The translations under genes were made by a program, and so were the position numbers. A stretch of DNA of 64,000 nt, taken from Hypanus sabinus (taxonomy: Eukaryota). Below, in pieces: positions 21,390-34,529 of the stretch (position 1 is its first letter; every line of letters starts with the position of its first letter). The stretch covers positions 27,094,001-27,158,000 of the forward strand of contig NC_082731.1 in assembly GCF_030144855.1 (NCBI RefSeq), in the 5' to 3' direction. A model generated the notes under the pieces. That model was not told the origin of the DNA. It saw only the letters and a list, made by a program, of their open reading frames with translations, and ran no database searches.

Positions 21390-24300
21390 GGGCCTTGATA
21401 AGCAGAAGTTATGACCTGTACAAAAGGGACAGGTTACACCTGAATCCATGGGGGACAAATAGATTTGCAGACCGGTTTGTTGGAGCTGTTCAGAAGGGTT
21501 TAAACAAATTTGGCAGGGGGATGGGAAATGAAGTGAAAGGGTTGAGGATCAAATTGTTGGTTTACAAACAGAGGCAGTGTGTAGTGAGACTGCTAGTAAG
21601 AAGCTGATGTTTGGGTAAAATTGCAGTTGGATGAGTTGCAATGTATAGGGGGGACAAAATTTTAAACTGTGATCAATACAGGACTGAAGGTTTTATATTT
21701 GAATGCACATAGTATACAGAATAAGCTAGATGAACTTGTAGCACAGCTACAGATTGGCATGTATGACCTTGTGGGCATTACTGAATTGTGGCTGAAAGAA
21801 GATTATAGCTGGGAGCTTGATGTCTAAGGATACACATTGTATCACAAGGACGAGGAGGTAGGCAGAAGGTGTGGTGTGTCTGTGTTGGTTAAAAATTAAA
21901 TTAGATCATTAGAAAGAGATGACATGGGATCAGATGGTGTAGAATCGTTCTCGGTAGAGCTAAGAATTTGCAAGTGTGAAAGACTCTGATTGCATTTATA
22001 AACAGACCTGCAAACAGTAGAGCAAATATGTGGTTTACAAATTACAACGGAAGGCAGAAAATGCATGTCAAAAATGCAATGTTAAGACAATCATCGGGAA
22101 TTTCAATGAGCAGGTCGATTGGGATGAATTGCACAGGAACTGCAGTGAAACCATTATCCTGGCTTCAAGATTTGCTGATGCTACATGGGAGAGTTTAAGG
22201 GATTCCGATAGGGCTGAATTTGTTACGTGCTTCCAGGAAGGTTTCTCAAATCACTATGTGTACGGTCCAATGAAAGGAGGGGCCACCCAGTTCCTGGTAT
22301 TGGAGAATGAGCCTGACCAGGTGATTGAACTTTCAGTGGGTGAACGGTAACTGAAGAGTGCCAACTCGTTAACTTTTAGGATAACTATCGACAAAGATAG
22401 GTATTATCCTTGTAGAACAATTTTAAATTGGCATAGGGCAACTTACAAGGACATTCAGCAGGAACTAAGAAGTGTTAATTGGAAACACCTTTTCTCTGGC
22501 AAGTCCACATCAGATATGTGGAGGATGTTTAAAGAGCAATTGCACACAGTACAGGAAATGTATGTTCCTGTCAGAAGGAAGGATGGGGATGGAAAGATAT
22601 GAGGACCCTGGATGTTCAGATAGATGATGAATTTAGTCAAGAAGAAAGAGATAAATTATGTAAACTTTCAGATGGTCAAATCAAACAAAGCACATGAGCA
22701 GTATAAAGAAACCAGAAAGGAACTAAAGGGAATTAGGAAAGCCATGAGGGGCCATGAAAAGTCCTGGTAAGTTGCATTAAGCTGAATCCCAAGGCATTCT
22801 ATACATATGTCAGTGGTGAGAGGATAACTCAGGAGAGGGTGGGACCACTCAATGATAAAGGGGGAAATATTTGCTTGGATGCAGAGAATGGGAGTGAGGT
22901 ACTTAATGAGTACTTTGTTTCAGTATTTACAAAGGTAAAGGATGTGGAGGACCAAGAGATCAGTGCTGAGTGTATAAATAAATTTGGACATCTTGAGGTA
23001 AAGTTGGAGGAAATATTGGGCATCCGAAAAAGGATTAAGATACGTAAGTCCTCAGTACTAATGCTGTACCTCTATTTATGAAGGGAAAAAGGATACACCT
23101 TTAAGGGCAAGGTCCTTAATAGTGCGACTGAGCAGAGAGATCTTGGAGTCCAAGTTCAAATTCCTTAAAAGTAGCTGCACAGGTCAATAAGAGGGTTAAC
23201 AAGGTTTACTAAAGGCTTGCTTTTGTTAGTCGTGGCATTGAGTTCAAAGGTCAGGAGGTTATGTTGCAACTTTACAGAACTCTGGTTCTATCAAATCTGG
23301 AGCATTGTGCAGAGTTCTGGTTGCCCCACTATAGGAAATATGCTGAGGCTTTGGAGGGGCTGCAGAAGAGGTTTACAAAGATGTTGCCTGGTTTAGAGGG
23401 CATGTGCTATTGAGAGGCTGGATAAACTAGGTTTGTTTTCTCTGGAGCATCAGAGCTAAAGGGGTATCTGATTGAGGTTTACAAGATTATGAGAGGCATA
23501 GATAATGTGGGCAGAGATTATCTCTTTCCCAATTGTTGTAAGGAAGTAGCAGGGCTGTGGACATGGTGTAAGTAGGAGGGATTGATGTCTGGATGATTTT
23601 GATTTGCTTTATAGCTGGTTCAGCACAACACTGTGGGCTGAATGGCCTATGTTGTACGAAATCATTTTGGTGCCAGATCCCAAGCAAAGGAATTTGTAGA
23701 ATGCCTACTAGCTTGTTTTTTTAGAGCAGCTGGTGATTGAGCCCACTAGACAATTAGCTGTTCTGGATTGAGGATTCTGCAATGAACCGGAGTTAAAAAT
23801 AAAGGAACCTTTTAGGAGCCAGTGATCATAATATGATAGAATTCACCCTGCAGTTATTTTGAGAAGGTGAGCTAAAGTCATACTTATCAGTATTACTGTG
23901 GAGTAAAGGGAATTTCAGAGGCATTGAGAGGAGCTGGCCAGAATTGATTGGAAGGGGACACTAGCAGGGATGATGGCAGAGAAGCAATAGCCGGAGATTC
24001 TGGAAGCTAACTGAAATGCTTAAAATAGATGCATGCTAAAGGAGAAATTTTCTAAAGGCTAGATGATGCCAGGCTGCATCTGTGGAAAAGAGTAAACAAA
24101 TGATGTTTCGGGCCAAGTCCCTTTATCAGTCTGAAACATGGACTGTTGACTCTTTTACGCAGATGCTGCCAGGCCTGCTAAGCTCAACCAGCATTTTGTG
24201 GTGTTGCCTTAGAACCCATGGTACTGCAGGAAAGATACAGGGGTGGTTAGAACCCTGACTGATTGGCAGGAGGCAATGATTAGGAATAACAGGAGCCTTT

Positions 24301-24690
24301 TCTGGTAAGCTGCTGGTGACCAGTGAATATATGCGACAACATCTCTTCATGTAAAATATCAATAATTTGGATAATGGAATTGTTGGCTTTTGTGACAGGG
24401 TTGCAAATGATACAAAGATAGGTGGAGGGGCAGGCAGAGTTGAGGAAGCTTCTTATGGTGGAAGAGTCTACGACCAGAAAACACAACATCAAAATTGAGG
24501 GACCTTTTTTAGAAAGGAGATCAGGACAATTATTTTTTTCAGCACAGAGTGATGAACCTATGGAATTCGCAGTCACATATGGCTGTGGAGGCAAATTCTA
24601 TAGGTATATTCAAATCAAAGGTTGATAGATTCTTGATTAGTCAGGGCATGAAAGGGTATAGGGAGAAGGGAGGAGATTGGGGCTGATGGG
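21390..24690 (+). mobile_element. Stacked decayed CR1 fragments, with a short Penelope-type repeat at about 24100-24210
   Basis: ORF1-end, endonuclease (GITELWL) and RT C-terminal (LEHCAEFWLPHYRK) relics, plus 3' tails near 23600 and 24680. Confidence 0.8.
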
Positions 24691-25590
24691 TCTCAACAGC
24701 AAAATGACGAGTCAGCTTACAGAGAGGAGGTGCAGTGGCTAATGGATGTGCAGAGCCAACAACCTTTCTCTGAATGTGAATAAAACAAAAGAGCTGTATG
24801 TTGACTTCAAGAGGGCACAGAGTGACCACTCCCCACTGAACATCAATGGCTCCTCGGTGGAGATCATTAAGAGCACCAAATTTCTTGGTGTTGACCTGGC
24901 AGAGGATCTCACCTAATCCCTCAACACCAGCTCTGTAGCAAAGAAAACCCTGCAGCATCTCTACTTTGGGTGAAGGCTGAGGAAAGTCCATCTCCCACCC
25001 ACCATCCTAATCACATACTGCAGGGTTTGTACTGAGAGTATCTTGAGCAACTGCATCATTGCCTGATTTGGAAATAGCGCAATCTCGGATCGCAAGACCC
25101 TGCAGCAGATAATGAGGTCAGCTCAGATCATCGGGGTCTCTCTTCCCGCCATTACGGACATTTACACTACACGCTGCATCCGCAACGTAAACAGCATTAC
25201 GAAGCACCCCACGCACCCCTCATACAAACTCTTCTCCCTCCTGCCGTCTGGGAAAAGGCACCGAGGCATTTGGGCTCTCACAACCAGACTATGTAATAGT
25301 TTCTTCCACCAAGCTATCAGACTCCTCAATACCCAGAGTCTGGAATGACGCCTTACTGCCCTATTGTCTTGTTTATTATTTATTGTAATGCCTGCACTGC
25401 TGTGTGCAATTTATGCAGTCCTGGGTAGGTCTGTAGTCTAGTGTAGTTTTTACTGTCTTGTTTTTTATGTAGTTCAGTCTAGTTTTTGTACTGTCATGTA
25501 ACACCATGGTCCCGAAAAAACGTTATCTCATTTTTACTATGAAATACCAGCAGTTATGGTGGAAATGACAATAAAAGTGACTTGACTTGA
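24690..25590 (+). mobile_element. Rex1/Babar 3' fragment inserted into a CR1 tail
   Basis: NNLSLNVNKTKEL.VDF..., TKFLGV...DLT relics and a (CTTGA)n end. The CR1 tail ggctga|gaaggaaattgg is split by it (the uninterrupted version is at ~43630). Confidence 0.8.
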
Positions 25591-25879
25591 GAAGGAAATT
25601 GGATCAGCCATAATGAAATAGTGAAGCAGACTTGATGGGACAAATTGGCCTAATGCTACTGCTATATCTTATGGTCTTAACGGAGGAGTTCTGAGGGTTA
25701 AGAGCTATTTCAATAAACTGTTGATTGGATTTGTCAACAAGGCTCTGTTTCTATTACATTATGTCTCATTAATTTCCTCCATTTCATCCCTGCTCCACCT
25801 TCCATAAGACCATAAGGTTTCTCGCCCTTTCTGTTCCCGTTTGTTCATTTCGCATCTATTAGGTCATGGTAGTTTAGTA

Positions 25880-26470
25880 AGAATGGCTCCAAGTGCAGTG
25901 TTTTGCACACTGTGTGGGTTGTGGGAAGTCTGGGAGACTCCAGTCTCCCAGGTGAACACATCTGCACCAGGTGCACCGAGTTCCAGCAACTGAGAGAATT
26001 TATTAAGGAACTGGAGCTGCAGCTCGATGAGCTTTGACTCATACGGGAGAATGATGAGGTCATAGACACGAGCTACAGTGATGTAATTACCCCGAGGTTG
26101 CAGAAGACAGGTAACTGTGTGACTGTCAGGAAAAGGGGGGCAAATGCACAACCAGGGCAGAGAACACCTGTGGCTGTTACCCTCAATAATAAGTAATTAA
26201 CTTTAGAAATAATGGAGAGGAATTGAACTTCCAGGGGGATCCAGAATGACGGGGTTTCTGGCACTGAGTCTGGTGATGTGGCTCAGAAGAGGAGAGAGGT
26301 TTTGGAGAATGAAGTGAGGATAGGAGATTCATTCAACAGAAGAACAGGGACGAGGTTCCGTGGGCTCAATACAGACACACAGATGGTATGTTGCATCACT
26401 GTTGCCAGGAACAGGGATGTCACAGGTCGTGTCCATGGCATTCTCAATGGCAAGTGTGAACAGCCAGAAG
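25880..26470 (+). mobile_element. CR1 ORF1 fragment (zinc finger, coiled coil, SGNH-like part)
   Basis: MAPSAVFCTLCGLWEVW...HICTRC...ELELQLD and IGDS..RGT motifs; paralogous to 43927-44400. Confidence 0.8.
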
Positions 26471-26474
26471 TCTT

Positions 26475-28080
26475 TGTTGCAAGAGACTCCCAACTGCACC
26501 AGCTTCCGAGAGAACGGATATCTGGCACAGCAGCTTTAAGGGTTCAGGATGGTCCTGCTAATTGATAATCGTGTATGAGCGCCCCAAATTGAGTACTTAA
26601 GGAACAGCTGAACAGAGGTTTGCGGATCAATCATGAGCCAACTGGTGATATCATCCAACATTTGTTTTGTGTTCAGATCTAGTTTGATACCACGTTTAGA
26701 ACCTTGTTTTATTTACCCCGGCAACTGGGTCCAAACCATCCTCATCAAGGACTCCTGTCACATTACAAATGAGCCAACATGGACCCAGTGGGATATCAAA
26801 ATCTTTCAGGCACTGTGATGATGAGGATATCCAGGAAAGTCCTGGAGATTCACAAACTCCAGGTAGCCATTCAACAACTTTTGCTAGGAGGAATTCAAAG
26901 TCGCTCAGGAGAGCCAGTTCGTGCTTGTATGGAGCCAGCACATCATTCAACCCCAGAGAGATTCGTCAGGGACTTGGGTTCCTGCCGTGGCTCTTCACCC
27001 GATGCTCATTCATGTTTGAACTACAGCTGTCCCAGTTCCGTTCAGAGCGAGGAAAGATGGCCCTCATTATCTCTCTCTGGTCTGGAAGAGCCCTGGCCTG
27101 GGCCACTGCACATTGGGAACGTAGGTCAGAGACCTGCTTGGATTCAAAGGAATTCCTGGCCGCCATGAGGAAGGTGTTTAATCACTTCACCGGAGCCAGC
27201 GAGCCTTGGACCACCTGATGAAGATTCAACAGGGTTATGGTCCACAGCCGACAATGCAATCGAATTTTGGACCTTGGCCCAGAAGAGTGGCTGGAATAGG
27301 AGCACCGTGGCCATATTCTACCATCGCGGGTAAACTGAAGAACGCCTCAACTTGGCAGAGCTAGCTAAAATCTTAGAGGCTTTGAGTAATCAGTTCATCC
27401 ATCCTAATAATCATCTGGCAAAGTGAAAATGGCACCACTTCAGGAAATCAATGTGAGCCGGTTGAAGGCCAGTCCCTATGCATCGCAGTTTCATCCCCCA
27501 ACTTCAGACCATAAACAGCCCGTTAGCTACTCAAGATCCAGTCGAACCCATGCAGGTTGGTTGTACTGGGCTCTCTGCTGATGATAGGTTCCGGCGTCGG
27601 AGTCAAGGTTGTTGCTTTTACTGTGAGGAAGTATGTCACTGGTGGGCCGAATGTTCCAGGCTGTGGACTGGAGGGAGGGGAGAATCATTGCTTGCTCCAG
27701 TCATCAGAAGAGGGTTTGTTTGTGCCATGGTGTTCTGAGACTCAGACTCTCCCGTGACCAACAACCAATAAGAGGGCAGCCTTCAGTGTGAGGTAACCTG
27801 AGACCTTCTGGAGACCAAGTCCAACCCTCAAGGATGAACAAGTCGATTCCAGTCGATACTCTGTGAGTCCCAACACCATCTAGTCGGGTCCTTTAGTTCA
27901 GGAGAGGACCAAGCAAATATCTGAAGACTGGGGAACTTGCAGCCATGCTTATGGAATCCAGCCACCAGGTCTAAAGGAAGGGAAAAGACTCCTTTACACT
28001 GAACCCTGAAGCCTATTTCCAAGACGGGAAAAACCTTCTGTAATGCCTCACTGCCATTGCCTGAGGATTCAGACAGGGAT
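26475..28080 (+). mobile_element. Ty3/Gypsy (chromovirus/Sushi-type) 5' LTR plus frameshifted gag, internally deleted
   Basis: TG...CA block 26475-26762, then ATG at 26779 (MDP...), PERF..D.G.CRG, SGRALAWATAHWE gag motifs, EPMQVG and a decayed CCHC knuckle. Confidence 0.85.
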
Positions 28081-28970
28081 GTAAGGAGGAAGAAGTGTTC
28101 AAAAGGCAAGATGACACAATGATGGCAAACAAGGGAAGTCAAGGCAACATAACAGCCAAAGAGAGGGCATATAATTGAGCTCACATTGTTGGGAAGTTAG
28201 AGCATTAGTAAGCATTTAAAACCAACAGAAGGCAACGAAAAAGTCAATAAGAAGAGTAAGATGGAATATTAAATTTTGCTACCCAACAATATTAAAGAGA
28301 ACACCAGATGTTGCTTCAGGTACCTAAAGAGTAAACAAGAGGTGAGAGTGGGTATCGGACCACTGGAAAACAATGCTGGAAAGTTAATAATGAGGGAAAA
28401 GAAAATGGTGGACACACTGGATAAATATCTTGCATCAGTGAGGAAGACACTAGCAGTCTGGTAGAAGTTCCAGGTGTCGGGGTCATGAAGTATGTGAAGC
28501 TACCATGACTACAGAGAAGATTCTTCAGAAATTAAAAGGTCTGAACATAGATAAGTCACATGAACCAAATGGTGCACACCACTACTTTCAGAAAGATTGT
28601 ATCTTTTCACATTATATGTCAGTGATTTGCATGTTGGACTTGATGGCTTTGTTGGAAAGTTTGTAGACGATATGAAGATAAGTTGAGGGGCAGGTAGTTT
28701 TGAGGAAGTACAGGCGATTCAGATACAGTTAAATAGATTAGGAGAATGGGCAAAGACGAGGCAGGTGGAATACAGTGTTGGGAAGTGTATGGTCATGCTC
28801 TTTGGTAGAAGATATGAAACAGTTGACTCTTTTCTATATGGACAGAAAATACAAAATGCTGAGGGGCAAAGGGATTTGCGAATCCTTTTGCAGAATTCCC
28901 TCATGGTTAACTTGCAGGATGAGTCTGTGCTGAGGAACGGAACCATTCGGAAAATTTTTAATGCAATTCA
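28080..28970 (+). mobile_element. CR1 ORF2 fragment
   Basis: VGIGPLENNAGKLI..., EYSVGKCMVMLFGRR relics. Confidence 0.8.
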
Positions 28971-29399
28971 CCCCCCACCACGACTTTAAAAAACGTGACC
29001 ACGGGTAGTTCAAGGGCAAGCCGTATGTCGGATCTCCGCACAGACCGATGGAGATAAAAAGGGAGGGTGGGAACATTCAGACCTCCAACCAATAGGGGTA
29101 GATGGTCTGCAAGTTTCACTAACTAGATGTAAGACGGGTCTTTTTAACTAATGGTGGCAGGAATAGAAACTGTTAGGTGGTATGTCTGGTTTACAGTGTC
29201 TGCCTGACTTTTTCTCTGGTGTTTCCCTTCTCTGTCTTCCCTCGGCAAACAGCCTATGGCGGGAATGGCCTGTGTATACATACATCCCGACACTCTCGCA
29301 CACATCCCCTCCACATCAACCCGATCTGAGCCTTTCAATAGTCGATAATGTTCTGATGTTTTTATGGCAGTTGGCAAAAAAACTTTAAGGTGCATTATC

Positions 29400-31030
29400 A
29401 CCACTACAGAACCAGAGTGTGGGTCAACATATCATGACACACATTTTAAAATTTGATCCCATATTGATATTTGTATCAAATTTATAAAAAGTCCTGTGTT
29501 CTTCAGAAACTGCACTACTTATTTAAAGCAATAATCCTGTAATCCTTTCTGCAAAATGCTATTAATTTTAAATTGAATTTCATTCTGTGATAACTCGAAG
29601 ATCAACCAACTGCTTTCTTGATTATATCTTGTTGATTACAATATTCACAACTCCCATTATTGTGTTTCTTCATGAAAAACAATGTACTTTAACCATGTGT
29701 GCCCACACCTGAATCTTGACATTATCTCCTCCTGCCTCCTGCTCTTTCCTGCATCCCTCAACTATCCTATCAACTATTTCCTTTGGGATATTATTATATA
29801 GTCTAAATAATGTTTGTATTATCTTACTTACAAAGTCTCGTTTTACCTCTGAATGTAAATCTTTTCGACTCCTGATTGTTGTCCTTGAATCAGACTATTA
29901 CAAATCTCATCGGGCTTACTTCCTCCACCCACTGCAAAGCGAGTAGTCCAGCTATCATTTCCCCTGCATACACTGAGAAATCATCATTTATCCTCACCTG
30001 CTTTTTCATATTAAAATCAGGCACTTCAAATCCTCCCCCAAATCTACTATTGCCATTCTTGAAGCATTTGTTTGCATTTGTAAACATACATAATGTTCAT
30101 TATTTACATAAGATTCAACTATATCTTGATTTAAAATCACTTCTGTTTTTCTGTCTCTTTGAATACTTTAAGATCCATCTCTGCTACTTCACACAGTCAT
30201 GGAGGCAGCCTAGGAAAAGACACTGTATCACTCACTGCCTTATTACTAAATCTTGTCCTTTATGCTTTTCTTTCAATAGTCCATGTAAAACTTCAGAATT
30301 TCTTTCTATACTTTTCCCAGCATCGATCTAATAGCTGTTTGCTTGGATGATGTTCTCCAGGTCCTTGTAGGTTTACCCAATATGTTAACACAAGCTGTTC
30401 TTCTCAGTTCCAGAGGTGTCTCTCCCAACTCCACCTGCATTGCCACCACTGGTGTTGTCCTTATTACTCCATTAATTAACCTTAATGCTTGACTTTGAAT
30501 TATATCTAGTTTAGTGAGCACACAGTATGATGCTGATCCATATACCATACTTCCATAGTCCAGTATTGATCTTATTAATCCTATATATATTGCTTTCAAG
30601 GGTTTCCTATCAGCTCCCCATTCCTTTCCTGTTAAACACCTCATAACATTTAGTACTTCCTTATTTTTGATTATTATTTATTTAATATGTGTTGACCATG
30701 TGAGTCTTTTATCAAACCAAATTCCTAAAAAATTAAAGGTATCCACACTTTCTAATTCCATACCATAAAATTTTGGTTTCAAGTGTTATTCTGTATTCTT
30801 CCTAGTGAAAAACTTTATTTTGGATTTCTCTGATGAAAAACTGAATTCCAATTTCCATGCCCAATCTTCCTGCTTAACCTATGACTCTTGAAGTTTCTGT
30901 GTTATAAGTTGCACATTCCCAACCCTTTTGCACATAGCTCCATCACCTGGAAATAATGATATTCCAATACTACTATTTCTATTGGAAAATATATCATTTA
31001 TCATGACAGTAATAATATTCTGTCGTTGGT
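29400..31030 (-). mobile_element. Nimb/I-group LINE fragment with RT C-terminus and RNase H
   Basis: WGADRK.L..IY..LIRS.LDYG..VY motif and RNase H-like SVYAGEMIA.LLALQWVEE. Confidence 0.7.
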
Positions 31031-31129
31031 TTACAAACAGAGTCAGTGTGCAGTGAGACTGCTCTCCATGGTGCCACACCAAATCTCCTCAAACTCCTAA
31101 AGAAATATAGCCGCTTTTGTGCCTTCTCT

Positions 31130-33590
31130 GAAGCTGCATCAATAAGTTGGGTCGTCTGAGTCTTGATAAGGTAAAGGTGGCAGAATATACACGGGTTCCA
31201 TGTGAATCCAAAGAAGATAAATATCTTTGTGTGCAGCTTTGCTGGAGTTGTTCAGAAGGGTTTGAACTACTTTGACAGGGGTTGGGAAATGAAGTGATAG
31301 GGCTGAGCTTCCAGTCATTGGTTTAACAACAGAAGCAGTGTGTAGTGAGTCTGCTAGCAAGCAAAGGCTGATGATAGGGCAAAATTGCAGTCAATAGGAT
31401 AAGTTGAAATGTAAAAGGGGACAAAATCGAGAATGGTAATGAACATTGGGGTGATGCCCTAGGATAAACATTGTATTGAAAGGACAGGGAGGTAGGCAGA
31501 GGGCATGGTGCAGCTGTGTTGAGAAAAAATTAAATCAAATGATTAAAAAGAAGTGACAAAGGATTGGAAGGTGCAGAGTTGTTGTGGGTCGAGCTAAGAA
31601 ACAGTAAGGGTAAAGTCCTTGATGCGAGTTATATACAGACGTCCGAAAAGTAGCAAAGATGTGGTCTACAAATTACAATGAAAGATAGAAAATGCATGTC
31701 AACAGTGCAGTGTTAAAAGAGTCATCGGGAATCTCAATATGCAGATAGATTGGGCTGGTTTGCACTTGAACTGAAGAGGAGCCAGTATCCTGGCTGTGAG
31801 GTTTACTGATGCTACCTGGGAGAGTTTAAACTAGTTTTGTAGGGGGCTGAGAACCAGAGTCCCAGGTCAGCAGGGAATGGATCTGACCAGAAGTTAGATG
31901 TCAGAGAAGGTATTGAAAGGCAGAATTGAAATAACAGGTAGGATGGGTCGGATAGTTTGAGGTGTGTATATTTTAATGCAGGGAGTATTATGGGTAAGGT
32001 GATGGATCAGTACATGAAACTACAGTGTTGTAGCCATTACTGAAACTTGATTGACAGAGCGGCAGGAATGGGTGATAAATGTGCTGGGTTTTTGGAGTTT
32101 TAGAAAAGATAGAGGAGTAAGTAAGGGTGGGGGGAAGTTGCACTCCTTATCACGGACAATGTCCCAGCTGCACTCAGAGGAGACATAATGGAGGGGTCAG
32201 AAACTGAGTCCATTTGGGTGAAACTCAGGAATAGGCAGGGTGCAATCCCACTGATGGGATTGTAATACGGACCCCCTAATAGCCACTGGGACATTGAGGA
32301 GCAGATATGTAATCAGATCAAGGAGAAGTGTAATAATAATAGGGTTGGTGTCATGGGGGATTTCCGCTTCCCTGATATAAACTGAGAGCTTCTGAGTGTA
32401 AGGGGTCAGATGGGTTTGAATCTGTTAAGTAGGTTTCTTATATCAATGTGTGACAGTCCAATGAAAGGAGGGACCATACTGTACCTGGTTTTGGGGAATG
32501 AGCCTGGCCAGGTGACTGACCATTCAATAGGTGAACAGTTCGGGAATCGTGACCACAACTGGTTACCTTTCAGGTTAGCTATCAACCAGGATAGGTGTGG
32601 AAGAGATTTAAATTGACACAGGGCAATTTACAAGGGCATTAGACAGGAACAAAGAAGCGTTAATTTGGGAACACCTTTTCACTGGCAAGTCCACATCAGA
32701 TGTAAGACCATGAGACAGGAGCAGTATTCAGTATTCAGTATTCAGCCCATCAATGCTGTCCTGCCATTCCATTATGGCTGATCCCGGACTCCACTCAACC
32801 CCATACACCTGCCTTCTCGCCATATTCTTTGATGCCCTGACCAATTAGGAAACTATTAACTTCCATCTTAATTATATCCATGATTTAGACTCCACTGCAG
32901 TTTGTGGCAGAGCATTCCACAGATTCAGAATTCTCAGGCTAAAAAAAATCATTCCTTACCTTTGTTCTAAAAGATTGCACCTCTATTTTGAGGCTGTGCT
33001 CTCTTGTTCCAGATACCCCCACCAGAGGAAACATCGACTCCACATCCATCCTATCTATTCTTTTCAGCATTCAGTAGGTTTCAATAAGATTGCCCCACAT
33101 TCTTCTAAATTCCAGTGAGTGCAGGCCCAAAGCTGCCATATGCTTCTCATACGTTAACCCCTTCATTCCTGGACTCATCCTCATGAACCTCCTCTGGACT
33201 CTCTCCAATGAAAACACATCCTTTCTGAGATATTGGGATCAAAACTGATGACAGTACTCCAAGTGTGGCCTGATTAGTGTCTTATGAAGCCTCAACATTA
33301 TCTCTTTGCTTTTATACTCTATTCCCCTTGAAATAAATGCCAACATTCCATTTGCTTTCTTCACCACAGACTCAACCTGTAAATTAACCTTCTGTGAGTC
33401 TCACACAAGGAATCCTAAGTCACTTTGCACCTCTGATGTTTGAACCTTCTTCCCATTTCGCTAATAGTCTGCACTATTGCTCTTTTTGCTAAAATGAATT
33501 ATCATACATTTCACAAGATTGTAATTCATCTGCCACTTTTTGCCCATTCTTCCAATTTGTCTAAGTGGTACAGCAATTGCATTGCCCAAA
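31130..33590. mobile_element. Mixed CR1 fragments (plus strand to ~32700, minus-strand 3' end ~32700-33590)
   Basis: Endonuclease relics (LYRPPNS, VMGDF.FP) followed by an inverted RT C-terminus and tail. Confidence 0.75.
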
Positions 33591-33860
33591 TAGCATAATT
33601 CTGCTCCTATATCTTATCTTATGGTTTTACTCAGGAAATGAAACATTAGCCCAACGGTGGATCACCCTAAAGGTCTGAACTGGTATTCATATTTTTGTTT
33701 TGGAGTGACCTTGGAGAATAATGACAGACATCTCTTCATGGGATCCCATCTCGTACAATGAGGACAGACCGTCTGTTATTTCGTTCTCCTGTCCTCACAA
33801 GTTAAGGTCTGTGCTGCACCTAATCACACACAATATCATACTCTCCTGTCTATATTTCAG

Positions 33861-33872
33861 GTTCAGCAGTGA
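33861..33872 (+). CDS. IgW: IgW TM2 exon (cytoplasmic tail VQQ*)
   Basis: Acceptor ctctcctgtctatatttcag|GTT CAG CAG TGA, phase 0, matching the TM1 donor after AAG. Lies in a non-repeat island. Confidence 0.85.
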   Translation, partial: VQQ

Positions 33873-34529
33873 CTAGCAGATACACGCCCCACATTCAGAC
33901 AAGAAATCCCCGTGTGGCTGCGATGTTTGGAAATGGAGTCTCCATCTCACTCACTCGACAATCTGAGGCTACCACACTGCAACTGCTCATTTCAGAATGT
34001 AAACCTCTCAATGCACCAGGGATGCCAGATGGGAAATCGGAGCACAGAGCCGGTTAGGTAGGCGGAGGGGCAGCAGTGGATGATACATCGGGAAAATGAC
34101 AGGATATGTGACACTGGAGGGGGTATACAAGAGGGGAGAGGAAGGCAGCATTAAGCCTTGGGAATGGGGAGCAGGGGTTGGGAGTTTTGTTCGTGAGGGA
34201 GAAGACGGAGGTGAGGATGTGGATATTATTGTTAAGGAGCAAGAAACTGATGTGGAGGGTGATTGTGGTGGACGGTGGGCTCAGGATCTTGTTCTGTCAT
34301 ATTTTGTAAATCAGACGTTATGGAAATCATTGCCTGTAGCATTTCTTTCATTATTCTTGTGGAGTTTATTTCATGATTTGAAATTGTATTAATTAAAAAC
34401 AAACAAAATCAGAAAATGAAGAGTCTGGAGGTGATAAAACTGAGGGAAGCCACTCATCCCATCTTAGTTCCCTCATCACTGCAGTGACTTCACCTGCCGA
34501 CAAGTACAACAAGTGGGTATTGCATCCCA

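Larger units (their letters stand above)
1846..33872 (+). other. IgW: IgW (omega) immunoglobulin heavy-chain cluster, constant-region span (CH1 to TM2)
   Basis: Six consecutive C1-set Ig exons, Cys-rich short tails, a CH6 tailpiece (SHSKPTLVNVSLVLTDSFKSC) and TM exons ending ...STFVTVVK|VQQ*, the layout known for cartilaginous-fish IgW. All CH exons are multiples of 3 up to their donors (CH6 runs into its tailpiece) with AG acceptors in phase 1. Confidence 0.93.
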
